56,851 nt of DNA from Macrostomum lignano. Its lineage: Eukaryota. The stretch lies in the NCBI GenBank assembly GCA_002269645.1, contig NIVC01002399.1, forward strand, positions 1 to 56,851. Direction: 5' to 3'. Shown here piece after piece: positions 38,953 through 50,327 of this stretch (within the stretch, counting starts at the first letter, position 1; every line of letters starts with the position of its first letter). The notes under the pieces are model-generated. The model had not been told where the DNA came from. It did no database searches and worked only from the letters and a program-made list of their open reading frames with translations. Position numbers and translations under genes: made by a program.

Positions 38953-38982
38953 ACAGATAGACAGGCAGGCAGACAGACAGGC

Positions 38983-39015
<33 letters not shown>

Positions 39016-39046
39016 GGCACGCAGGCAGGCAGGCAGACAGACAGGC

Positions 39047-39087
<41 letters not shown>

Positions 39088-39130
39088 GGCAGGCAGACAG
39101 ACAGGCAGGCAGGCAGACAGAAAGACAGGC

Positions 39131-39221
<91 letters not shown>

Positions 39222-39238
39222 AAGACAGACAGACAGAC
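38953..39238. repeat. (GACA/GGCA)n microsatellite
   Basis: Direct inspection. Confidence 0.96.
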
Positions 39239-39737
39239 CTTCTCCAGTCAAGCAAACAGCCCGGAGAGCTAGGCGAGGAGCATCAAAAAATATTCATAAA
39301 CATGTCGTGCCAGTTAATCCTATGAGGTCATCCATGAAGCCTTCAGTATTAGCGGCTGTGCCAACAACAAAATTATGTTTCTATCCAACACAGGAGAAGC
39401 AGACAGGTCATCTTGAGAGGCAACAAGAAGTTGCTTTCGATGGAGATTGATTAAATCTCGATCATCTAGGATAAGGCCACCGGGCCTCAGTCAGTATAAT
39501 AAAATCGGTCATCCAAGAGGAGTCCGCAATCATCCAGTCTGTCATGATGATGTCAGGCATAAATAAGCATCATCCTGTAACACGGTTAAAGGACTGTAGA
39601 CAGTAAATACCTATCTCTGACATACATGTACCATTTTTGTTAATATGTGACCTCATACGCCCGTATCTCTGCTATTTTTAGCAAACAGCAGCAGGCTTGC
39701 GCAGGTGATTTTACTGTAGTGTAGACTGTGCCAAATG

Positions 39738-40500
39738 GTAATTACCCCTAGTATTACAGATGAATATTTCTGTTTACCTACAGGATAATTACCCCTAGTA
39801 TTACAGATGAATATTTCTGTTTACCTACAGGATAATTACCCCTAGTATTACAGATGAATACTTCTGTTTACCTACAGGATAATTACCCCTAGTATTACAG
39901 ATGAATACTTCTGTTTACCTACAGGATAATTACCCATAGTATTACAGATGAATATTTCTGTTTACCTACAGGATAATTACCCATAGTATTACAGATGAAT
40001 ACTTCTGTTTACCTACAGGATGATTACCCCTAGTATTACAGATGAATACTTCTGTTTACCTACAGGATGATTACCCATAGTATTACAGATGAATACTTCT
40101 GTTTACCTACAGGATGATTACCCATAGTATTACAGGTGAATGCTTCTATTTACTTACAGGATAATTACCCATAGTATTACAGGTGAGTGGCCTATTTACC
40201 TACAGGATAATTACCCATAGTGTTACAGGTGAATGCTTCTATTTACTTACAGGATAATTACCCATAGTATTACAGGTGAGTAGCCTATTTACCTACAGGT
40301 TAATTACCCATAGTATTACAGGTGAGTGGCCTATTTACCTACAGGATAATTAGCCATAGTATTACAGGTAAATGCTTCGATTTATCTACAGATAATTACC
40401 TATAGCAGTACAGGTTAAGTGCTCTATATTTACGTACAGATAATTACCCCTAGTATTACAGGTGAGCGCTGCTAATTGTCTACAGATAATTACCCCCTGG
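39738..40500. repeat. 47-bp minisatellite (ataattacccctagtattacagatgaatatttctgtttacctacagg), ~16 copies
   Basis: 47-bp period verified between 39785 and 39832; runs up to the cassette-4 donor. Confidence 0.94.
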
Positions 40501-40516
40501 TGCACCACCTACTCAC

Positions 40517-40905
40517 CCAACGGAGATGTTATAAAAATACGGATTCATCCAGTAGTTCAAATAGTAAGGATTAACGGTCTCCAGACCGGGCCTTCCATTT
40601 CTCTCAGCCGGAGACACCTCCCTGTACCACTTGACGTCCTCATAGATGGCCTTAGTTTCCATTCTCGAATACAGCAGGCGAAACAGAGAAGCATTGGGGG
40701 TGTTTGACAGCTCGCTGCCCACCCTATTCCAAGCCAGTTGGTAAGCAGGTTCGATCAGCACCGCATTGACATAATAGGAAGTGGACCTCGGCACTATCAG
40801 GTAGAGGTGCAGCCCGTTGGTGCAAGACTGTCTGTCGGCAGTCGCACCAAATGTTGATGCAGTTAGCACCAACATTAGAATCTTGGCGAAACCTGTTGTA
40901 GCCAT
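40517..40905 (-). CDS. ANF-receptor cassette 4, exon a
   Basis: ATG at 40905. MATTGFAKILMLVLTASTFGATA signal peptide, LHLYLIVP, LIEPAYQLA. Donor GG|GTGAGT, phase 2. a+b = 805 nt (268 codons + 1). Confidence 0.82.
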
Positions 40906-41028
40906 GATAAACTATAGCTAATGTTTAAAGACAGTTCAATTGTTAAATTTTCACGGTTATCACACTTATACTGCCTGAATACGAAATATGTCGCATATGG
41001 ACCAAGCAAAGCGCCAAAGATTGAACAA

Positions 41029-41033
41029 CCAAT
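41029..41033 (-). promoter_or_regulatory. CCAAT box upstream of cassette 4
   Basis: aaCCAATcag, 124 bp upstream of the ATG. Confidence 0.4.
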
Positions 41034-41161
41034 CAGAAGATGAGTTGCCATTAGTTTCCATTTTTCTGCTTTTTTACATGCACTGCACATCGAATGAGAG
41101 ATGACATGTAGTCTGTATGGACAGGACAACTGAATTATAAGGTAGAGTGCCAGAAAAAAAA

Positions 41162-41833
41162 CTAGAGTGCCAGATAAGACACAGTGGAGTGCCAGATAAG
41201 ACACAGTGGAGTGCCAGATAAGACACAGTGGAGTGCCAGATAAGACACAGTGGAGTGCCAGATAAGACACAGTGGAGTGCCAGATAAGACACAGTGGAGT
41301 GCCAGATAAGACAGTAGAGTGCCAGATAAGACACACTAGTGTGCCAGATAAGACAGTAGAGTGCCAGATAAGACAGTAGAGTGCCAGATAAGACACACTA
41401 GTGTGCCAGATAAGACACTAGGGTGCCAGATAAGACACAGTAGAGTGCCAGATAAGACACTAGAGTGCCAGATAAGACACTAGAGTGCCAGATAAGACAC
41501 TAGGGTGCCAGATAAGACACAGTAGAGTGCCAGATAAGACACTAGAGTGCCAGATAAGACACTAGAGTGCCAGATAAGACACAGTAGTGTGCCAGATAAG
41601 ACACTAGAGTGCCAGATAAGACACAGTAGTGTGCCAGATGAGACAGATAAGACACAGTGAAGTGCCAGATAAGACACTAGAGTGCCAGATAAGACAGTAG
41701 AGTGCCAGATAAGACACAGTAGTGTGCCAGATAAGACACTAGAGTGCCAGATAAGACAGTAGAGTGCCAGATAAGACACAGTAGAGTGCCAGATAAGACA
41801 CAGTAGTGTGCCAGATAAGACACTAGAGTGCCA
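41162..41833. repeat. 19/22-bp minisatellite (agagtgccagataagacac[agt])
   Basis: Direct inspection. Confidence 0.96.
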
Positions 41834-42589
41834 AACAAAATTTGGTCCAAGATTTTGAAGCTTTGCACTGAAATTCATGGATATGCACAACCCAATGTTG
41901 CGCAAAAGCAAATGCATTTATGAGCAAGCGTTTCTTACGATTAGCAAATGGCAGGATAACAAACTTCACAAGATATTTTTGTTATATTTTTTGTAATTGC
42001 ATTTATTGGTGCAGCAATTTTTGATGCTCAAATTATAACAAAAAAATAAATTTCATGAATAATATTTTGTGGAAAAACACATTTGCGGTCACAGGGAAAC
42101 GGTACTACTGCAAGTACAATACATGTTCAACGGGACTTTGTAAGAAGTACTTACTGTACTGCCGATTTAAACAGCGATATAACAAAAATAAATAAATATA
42201 TATACGCAGTACACCAGCTGTCACTCATAAAGCATCTTTTTCGGAATATTAAAACTCTAAAAAATAGTAGTCACGTGACTGCTCTCAGCCAATAGCGACT
42301 TACATGTGTGTGTTGCCAATAGAAACGGCCGGGTGATTCCCAAGGTTGCGCATGCATGTAATAACCACAGGATTGGGTGTACAGCAGTTCCGTAGACACA
42401 AGCGTGACTTCCCATGGGATTTATATGTTACTATTTGCACAATGGTAGCGATAGGAATCCCGTAGGCAATTTATAGAATAAAGTCTGCACAGCGATGACA
42501 AGGGAATTCCGAAGGCTATTAATAGATTTAAAAACTTTTACTTGCACAACTACGATATGAGTTCAGTAAGCTATATATAGATTGAAAAG

Positions 42590-43085
42590 TGCAAGAGATA
42601 GATGGGATTTCCGTATGCTATTTATAGACTGAAAAGTGCACAAGATCGATGGGATTTCCGTAGGCTATTTATAGACTGAAAAGTGCACAAGATTGATGGG
42701 ATTTCCGTATGCTATTTATAGACTGAAAAGTGCACAAGATCGATGGGATTTCCGTAGGCTATTTATAGACTGAAAAGTGCACAAGATTGATGGGATTTCC
42801 GTATGCTATTTATAGACTGAAAAGTGCACAAGATCGATGGGATTTCCGTAGGCTATTTATAGATTGAAAAGTGCAAAAGATGGATGGTATTTCCGTAGGC
42901 GATTTATAGATTGAAAAGCGCACAATATTGACGGGATTTCCGTAGGCAATTTATAGGTTGAAAAGTGAACAAAATTGATGGGGTTTCCACAGGATATTTA
43001 TAGATAAAACGTTCATTGCAAAGCTGGGATTTCCACAGGCTATTAATAGATCAAAGTGTAAAAATCGGCGATGGGATATCCGCGG
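42590..43085. repeat. 47-bp minisatellite (gggatttccgtaggctatttatagactgaaaagtgcacaagatcgat), ~10 copies
   Basis: 47-bp period verified between 42604 and 42651. Confidence 0.92.
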
Positions 43086-43262
43086 GATATATAAAAGATA
43101 CGAAAAACGCTCACTATTCTAAAATTAAAAGATTGCACTGCAATGCACAACAATTTTAGAGATAAGAAATTGCATATACACAATCAATGACCGCAATAAG
43201 TATTTTTTAACACTCAATAAACAGGAGTCCAATTCACAGGAAGGAAAACACAAATGCCTGAT

Positions 43263-43268
43263 TTTATT
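43263..43268 (-). terminator. Polyadenylation signal AATAAA for the BAH-domain gene
   Basis: tttatt on the + strand, 31 bp past the stop codon. Confidence 0.5.
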
Positions 43269-43298
43269 GTCTAATTAAGACCAAGCTGAATGAAACCG

Positions 43299-44312
43299 TC
43301 ACCGTCTGCTACTGGAAGAAGAAGACTCGGCCAGCAGACGCTTCTTCTGCTGCTTCCGTTGCCGTCGCTCGGCCTCGCGAGCCAACAGGGCGGCCTCGTA
43401 TTCCGGATCTAATCGAATGATTCGCTTGGAACTGGCGTCATATTCTCCGGCCAAGAAATACGTGTCCGGCCTCTTAGTAGCAGAAGATTTCGTAACAGAT
43501 TTAGCGAAGGACAGCAGCGGCAGTTTTCTAAGAATTGTCCGAGCCTCGTTCCGATCCCTGTGGCCGCTCAGGAACAGCGCCCGGCCCTGGTCGCGTCGGA
43601 ACCGCCGGCCCAAACTCTCCGGCATCTCCACCGGCTGGTAGAACCAGGCCGCCTCCACCCACATGCGACGCCTGTCGGAGCCCGCGCCGACATTTCCGTC
43701 CTCGACGTCGTCGTCGACATCCTCGTCGTCAAGCCCGGCCTCCTCCTCCCACATGTCGGTGACTCGGCCGTAAAATGGCCGGTCGATAGCCGAACTTTTA
43801 AACATGACGGCGTCGCCAACGTTGATTGGCTGGCCGTTGCGTAGCAACGAACGATGACGCTGACGACGACCGCGTCGCTTACCAGCGTCGGCCCATTCGA
43901 AGGTGGCAACTGGCGGAGCAGGAGCAGCGGTGGAAGCCGCCGACGTGGCCGAAGATCTGCGTCGGCGTCGGGCAGCTGGCGAGTTGCCGCAGGCCGGAGC
44001 CGCAGCCGGAGATCGGCGACAAGTCGACGGCTGCGGCGGCGGGCCCGGGGGCAGCATCCGGATCCGGTCAAGCGGGATCCACCGGCTGTCGTTGTCGTCG
44101 AACTCGATGTACACCAACTGCCGACCGGCCTCGGGTTGCTCTTCATCGTTGTCAACTTCTTCGGCTTCATTATCGGCTTCCGAATCGTCGTGGCATTGAT
44201 GCGAACTGACGGTGCCCGGGTACAGGGCGGTCAGGCTCGCCGACCAATAGGCGCAGACTCGGCAGCCGGCTGGCAGCTCCGCCGTGCTGCTGGGCCGGAT
44301 CTCCAGCACCGC
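43299..44312 (-). CDS. BAHCC1/TNRC18 (winged eye)-like chromatin reader, last exon (Tudor-like + BAH domain)
   Basis: AVLEIRPSS..LPAGCRVCAYWS..LYPGTV; VYIEFDDNDSRWIPLDRIRMLP; BAH domain INVGDAVMF..RPFYGRVTDMW..WFYQP..ALFLSGHRDRN..YFLAGEYD. Stop TGA at 43299-43301. Confidence 0.92.
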   Translation of the reverse strand, partial: AVLEIRPSSTAELPAGCRVCAYWSASLTALYPGTVSSHQCHDDSEADNEAEEVDNDEEQPEAGRQLVYIEFDDNDSRWIPLDRIRMLPPGPPPQPSTCRRSPAAAPACGNSPAARRRRRSSATSAASTAAPAPPVATFEWADAGKRRGRRQRHRSLLRNGQPINVGDAVMFKSSAIDRPFYGRVTDMWEEEAGLDDEDVDDDVEDGNVGAGSDRRRMWVEAAWFYQPVEMPESLGRRFRRDQGRALFLSGHRDRNEARTILRKLPLLSFAKSVTKSSATKRPDTYFLAGEYDASSKRIIRLDPEYEAALLAREAERRQRKQQKKRLLAESSSSSSRR

Positions 44313-44324
44313 CTGCGGGGGGCG

Positions 44325-44325
<1 letters not shown>

Positions 44326-44371
<46 letters not shown>

Positions 44372-44385
44372 GGATAGATAGATAG

Positions 44386-44412
<27 letters not shown>
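44326..44412. repeat. (CTAT/GATA)n filling a 110-bp GC-AG intron
   Basis: Direct inspection; intron spans 44313-44422. Confidence 0.95.
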
Positions 44413-44416
<4 letters not shown>

Positions 44417-44422
44417 TCTTGC

Positions 44423-44919
44423 CTGGCACAGCAGCTCCTCCCTGGTGAAATACTGGTGCCGGCTCCTGGGCGACCCGTTCAAAGACACCCGGTACACGTC
44501 CGGCGGTTGCACCTCCTTCAGCACGCCAGAATACCACAGGCCGCCGGCGGTGGCGCCACCATCGACAGCATCAGCCTGGGAGACCAGAAGTCGCTGGCCA
44601 TCGCGAAGATCGTTCTCAGCGAGCTGACAGCTGCGCAATTCTGGCGTTGGCGGCCCGGCATCTTGCTGCTGTTGTTCTTGCTGCTGCTCTTGCTGTTGTT
44701 GTTGTTGCAGAAATTGATTTTTTCGCTGTTGTTTACTTTCGCTACCGCTGCTATTATAGCGACGCTTTCTATTGCTACTACTATTGCTAGCAGTAGAGCA
44801 AGTAGTACGGTTAGGGGAAGTGGCACTAGCAGAAGCCGCTGACGTCGATGCGGTCGCGGGTTTGTAGGCAGTTGATGCAGAACTGGCAAGCTTTGATTTG
44901 GACTTGGTGGCCATGCGAT
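44423..44919 (-). CDS. BAHCC1/TNRC18-like gene, penultimate exon
   Basis: Acceptor tatatcgcttcag|AT CGC ATG (phase 1). Ser/Gln-rich, then LRDGQRLLV..GLWYSGVLKEVQPPDVYRVSLNG..QYFTREELLCQ. Donor CAG|GCAAG (GC), phase 0, joining in frame to AVLEI. Confidence 0.88.
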
Positions 44920-45051
44920 CTGAAGCGATATAATAAAGAGACAGGTGAGAGGGAGAATGTAGAGAACAGAGACTGAAGGGGTTTACGCGGAGAAGGGATT
45001 TGACACGGGTTTCAATTAGGGAGTTCAAAAGAAGGGGATTTTTAAGATCTA

Positions 45052-46252
45052 GCAGAGAGGAATATTCAAGGAGGGGATCTCACACAAAGGGAACTTCAAG
45101 AAGGGAATCTCACAGAAAGGGAACTTCAAGGAGGGAATCTCACAGAGAGGGAACTTCAAGGAGGGAATCTCACAGACAGGGAACTTCAAGGATGGTATCT
45201 CACAGAAAGGGAACTTCATGGAGGGAATCTCACAGAGAGGGAACTTCAAGGAGGGAATCTCACAGAGAGGGAATTTCAAGGAGGGAATCTCACAGACAGG
45301 GAACTTCAAGGAGGGAATCTCACAGAGAGGAAACTTCAAGGAGAGAATCTCACACAGAGGGAACTTCAAGGAGGGAATCTCACAGAGAGGGAACTTCAAG
45401 AAGGGAATCTCACAGGGAGGGAACTTCAAGGAGGGAATCTCACCGAGAGGGAACTTCAAGGAGGGAATCTCACAGAGAGGGAACTTCAAGGAGAGAATCT
45501 CACACAGAGGGAACTTCAAGGAGGGAATCTCACAGGCAGGGAACTTCAAGGAGGGAATCTCACAGAGAGGGAATTTCAAATAGGGAATCTCACAGAAAGG
45601 GAACTTCATGGAGGGAATCTCACAGAGAGGGAACTTCATGGAGGGAATCTCACAGAGAGGAAACTTCAAGGAGGGAATCTAACAGAGAGGAAGCTTCAGG
45701 GAGGGAATCTCACAGAGAGGGAATTTCAAATAGGGAATCTCACAGAGAGGGAATTTCAAATAGGGAATCTCACAGAAAGGGAACTTCATGGAGGGAATCT
45801 CACAGAGAGGGAACTTCAAGGATGGAATCTCACAGAAAGGGAACTTTAAGGAGGGAATCTCACAGAAAGGGAACTTCAAGGAGGGAATCTCACAGAGAGG
45901 GAACTTCATGGAGGGAATCTCACAGAGAGGGAACTTCATGGAGGGAATCTCACAGAGAGGAAACTTCAAGGAGGGAATCTAACAGAGGGGAAGCTTCAGG
46001 GAGGGAATCTCACAGAGAGGGAATTTCAAATAGGGAATCTCACAGAGAGGGAATTTCAAATAGGGAATCTCACAGAAAGGGAACTTCATGGAGGGAATCT
46101 CACAGAGAGGGAACTTCAAGGATGGAATCTCACAGAAAGGGAACTTTAAGGAGGGAATCTCACAGAAAGGGAACTTCAAGGAGGGAATCTCACAGAGAGG
46201 GAACTTCAAGGAGGGAATCTCACAGAGAGGGAACTTCAAGGAGGGAATTTCA
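45052..46252. repeat. 30-bp minisatellite (gggaacttcaaggagggaatctcacagaga), ~40 copies, intronic
   Basis: Direct inspection. Confidence 0.96.
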
Positions 46253-46287
46253 AACACTAGAATCAAGGGAATAATTAAGAGACTCAC

Positions 46288-47570
46288 CGATAGTCGGGCA
46301 GCCGTGCACCTCAGCTTCAGCATCAGCAGATTGGTGAATGGTTTTCTGACTGACCGGCCGCTGTTTCTGCTCGCTAGCGCAGAAGGCCAGCATGTGTACA
46401 GAGGATGCGAACGGGCTAAAGGCGTCGCCACCGTCGCTCCCGCTGCTGCCAGCCGAAGCTGAGGCGGCCACAACCGCGTCGCTTCGATGCCTGGACCTGC
46501 TGGCATGGCTGTGCCGGCCGCGGCTGGAAGACTTCAGCAGACTCCGACTCTGCTGTATCCGACGCCACAGAGCTTCAATCTGTGCAACTAGTTGTTCGCA
46601 GTCTTTAGCGTCAGGAATGAGCTTAGACCCGGCGCTTAAGTCTACCCGGCTAACCGGTTTAGTATCGTATCTGCAGCCAAGATTATCTACATAATTAACG
46701 GCAATGTCTGCAGCCTCAAGACACTGTTGTTGGTCTTCGTCCAACTGCAGCAGGTCGACTTGTTGCAATAAGCCAGCAACTGCGCACAGGATGTCCCATT
46801 GGCGCTGGCCTCTGCTAGCAGATTTTGCTTCAACAACAGTAGCCGATGTTGATGAAGTCGCAGCTTCCATAGATGACGAGGCTGAGGCTGCTGAGTCGCG
46901 TTCTTCGCTTCTCAATCGAGCCCTGACAACCCAATCTGACGCCGGGACTGTTGCTGACCAAGCAGCGACTGGAACTGCAGCTGCCTGTCCTGCTCTGATT
47001 GCTCCGAATCAATGGCAAATATTGTGGAATTTGATGAGGCCAGATTAACATTGGCGCTGGCGCTACCGTTGTTGTTATTGTTATTATTAGAGGCAGAAGA
47101 CAAGTCTAAACAATCTTTAGAATCTTCAGTCTCAATATCCACTTCTTCATCTGTGTACTGGTCACCCAGATAGCCGTCATCTTCTAAACTGTCTCGCTGT
47201 TGTTGCTGCTGCTGTTGTTGATATTCATAATCTTCGCTTGGTTGAAGCTGACAGGCGCAATTTGAGCACCAGAGTTGAGCATAGTCAACTGTTTGAGTTG
47301 ATGCATCTGTTATATTGCATTGACTCCATAGCGATGACTGACTGCTAAGACAGCATTGAATCTGAGCGTCAGTCGCAGCGGATCGATACAGATGATGCTG
47401 CATCGGCTGAGCCTGTTGCCTTGGAAACAGGCGGTTATTGTTCAGACCGGCGGCGGTCAAGAATGAAAATGACGGTGGCAGCGGCGAGCCGGGAGAGGCG
47501 ATGTAAGTCGGGGCGCCGTGCAGGCTGGGGGTTGAAGGCCAACCAACTGGTGAGGCCATGGACACCAGGC
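46288..47570 (-). CDS. BAHCC1/TNRC18-like gene, large low-complexity exon carrying an apparent frameshift near 46.91-47.01 kb
   Basis: Acceptor ttgtcctcag|GC (phase 1) and donor ATC G|GTGAGT (phase 1). Length 1283 = 3n+2. Frame A stops at 46912; frame B is open from ~47007. Confidence 0.6.
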
Positions 47571-47929
47571 CTGAGGACAATTATTATACAATATTATTAT
47601 TATTATTAATTCAACTTACAGTTTGCCAGTGCATAAACCTTAATCTACTAAATGGCTGAACTGCGCAAAAGAAGAAATAAAAAAATGTCAAAGTTCTTGC
47701 CGTAGAAAAGAGTTATTTAAAGAAACACTTTTAGCGGCGCTACACTCGTGAAAATATGCGACAGACAAAAGATTGTAGGGATCAAGATTTATGATTAGTG
47801 CGGTAGAACTCATGGTGGAGAAGACAATGCGAGTGTAAGTTAACACAATGATTGTATGATCGTAACAAACTGAAATATTGGAGTCAAATGTCTGAGAAAT
47901 AGTCTGGGATTTCAGAAGAGATGGGACAA

Positions 47930-48620
47930 AACAGGTAAGACAGCAAGAATTCCAGGTGAGACAGTATGATGACAGGTAAGACAGTATATGATAACAGGTA
48001 AGACAGTATATGATGACAGGTAAGACAGTATATGATGACAGGTAAGGCAGTATGATGACAGGTAAGACAATATATGATGACAGGTAAGACAGTATATGAT
48101 GACAGGTAAGGCAGTATGATGACAGGTAAGACAATATATGATGACAGGTAAGACAATATGATGACAGGTAAGACAGTATATGATGACAGGTAAGACAGTA
48201 TATGATGACAGGTAAGACAGTATATGATGACAGGTAAGACAGTATATGATGACAGGTAAGGCAATATATGATGACAGGTAAGCAGTATGATGACCGGTAA
48301 GACAGTATAGGATGACAGGTAAGACAGTATATGATGACAGGTAAGACAGTATGATGACACGTAAGGCAATATATGATGACAGGTAAGCAGTATGATGACA
48401 GGTAAGACAGTATAGGATGACAGGTAAGACAGTATATGATGACAGGTAAGACAGTATATGATGACAGGTAAGACAGTATATGATGACAGGTAAGACAGTA
48501 TATGATGACAGGTAAGGCAATATATGATGACAGGTAAGCAGTATGATGACAGGTAAGACAGTATATGGTGACAGGTAAGGCAATATATGCCAGGTAAGGC
48601 AATATATGCCAGGTAAGGTA
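47930..48620. repeat. 19-22-bp minisatellite (atgatgacaggtaagacagtat), ~30 copies, intronic
   Basis: Direct inspection. Confidence 0.96.
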
Positions 48621-48686
48621 GTATGATGCTTTATAGCTAATGCAATATAACGATAGCCAGACAGACAGATCTAAGTGCCAGCTCAC

Positions 48687-48855
48687 CAGGACTCGGACAG
48701 GCGGCCACAATGCCAGCCTGTTGCTGGTGCTGATACTGCTTATAGAATTCTTCATGACACAGTCCGGGTGGCGGACTGAACCAAGCGCCAGGAGTGTTAG
48801 CTGTTGGAGAATACATCATACCGGCCACAGGTAGCTGCCTGTCACCTGGATCCAT
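48687..48855 (-). CDS. BAHCC1/TNRC18-like gene, candidate first coding exon
   Basis: ATG at 48855, MDPGDRQLPVAGMMYSP...ACPSP. Donor G|GTGAGC, phase 1, matching the 47570 acceptor. Confidence 0.55.
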
Positions 48856-49681
48856 GTATTCAGTGGGGCAAAATTACCCAACTGTTAGAGTTTTCTTTAC
48901 ACAAGAGAGAGAGAGATTTTCTTTGTTTCTTTCAATTTCAAATTGGTTTATATCAACATGCCGAGTTGTTTTTTTCTCTCTGCTTTAAACCAAGATCTTG
49001 CCTGTTTTATTACACTTTCTTGCTGTTCTGCCCTACGGATTCTGAAAGAATATATAAAGTAAGAGACATAAAAATTAAATCTAGTTTTTTCGTTCTAAAA
49101 ATACAGTTCGCCACTTGACCTCACGCTAATATTACATATACATATTTAGGATCTAGATAGCGATGAGAAGGTAGGAAAGACAGACAGAGACAGACCTGAA
49201 GAACTACTATATAAAATCGCAAACCCTAACTGCTGTGCATTTGCTAATTTATTAAACAATTTATTGCTATTCTTTCAGTTTGCTATAACCTGAAACTTGA
49301 TTTTAGCTGCTAAATAACCCTAAAACAAGTCCCCCTAGTACCTAGTCATCCAGCTAACCAACGCCCACTTACCTAAACTGAATTCCCCAGGCAAACACTT
49401 CAAAAACAATATAAAAACAGTCTATCTAAAGGCGCTGAAGAGAGAAGAGAGTTGCTGCGGAGGTAAGGGCGCGGTCTACACGCGTACTTTTTCTGTACCT
49501 ACCTGCCTGTCTGTCTGTATGTGCACTAGTACAGATACGACAGACGGGATAGACAGACACTGTACAGTCTTGCATGCACATTGGATGGACATTTTATCTC
49601 TCTCTTACCCTGTCTCTCTAGTCTAGCATAGATCCTAGAAGAAAACTACAGAGTTATTACCGAATCCCATTGGCTGACTGA

Positions 49682-49695
49682 GTAACCATGGCAAC
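49682..49695. promoter_or_regulatory. RFX X-box-like palindrome GTAACCATGGCAAC with an adjacent CCAAT box (ATTGG at 49669-49673)
   Basis: Matches the RFX consensus GTNRCCATGGYAAC; ~830 bp upstream of the 48855 ATG. Confidence 0.55.
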
Positions 49696-50327
49696 AATAT
49701 ATGCACGAAGCTAGGGGGCGAAAGAACGCGGATTAAATTTGATTGGCTCCTAATACTCGTAGAAGAAAGCCAAAAAGCCAGAACGGAAAAGAATTTGATT
49801 TTCATATTTATCGCTCACCCTTCCTCACATTTGCTCCCATTCCCATTGCAATCATGGGGTGGCTGACTAAGTGGCTCTCTGCACCTACCCCTCCCTATTC
49901 AGCTCTGGTAATCTCTATCATAGCTGTTGCGTGGGTGTATAGATAAGATCTGCACTTTTCTTAGCAATAGAAATTAATTCACAACAAAACTACTTTTTTT
50001 ACTACGATAAGGAATCAATGAAATTTTCAATATATATACTTGAATAATAACTTGACTAAAGATATCTGATATAAACACGAAATTGACATTCAACAAATGT
50101 ATGTTACTGCAAACAGTCGTATCAAAATTAAAATGGCACAGTTGCAGAAACAGGCAGGGTTAATCAATAATATAACAATACAATCATTATAATTCATATT
50201 ACTATTCGAGCATTTGTTCATAATTATAACCATAATAAGTAAAATAATACATAGGGAAATGTTTTTTACAGACATGCATCGAGTATGCAGTGCATGTCTT
50301 GGTGAAATAGATTTTCAACATAAAACA

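Noticed and set aside
43417-44889. Multiple GC-rich ORFs antisense to or out of frame with the BAH gene
   Set aside because: Shadow ORFs of GC-rich coding exons.
45000-46274. 424-aa RRESHREGTS ORF and overlapping ORFs
   Set aside because: 30-bp intronic satellite of the BAH gene.
47688-48755. Hydrophobic CLTCHHILSYLSSY ORFs
   Set aside because: Translation of the 19-22-bp satellite; the apparent CxxCH/TM motifs are artefacts.
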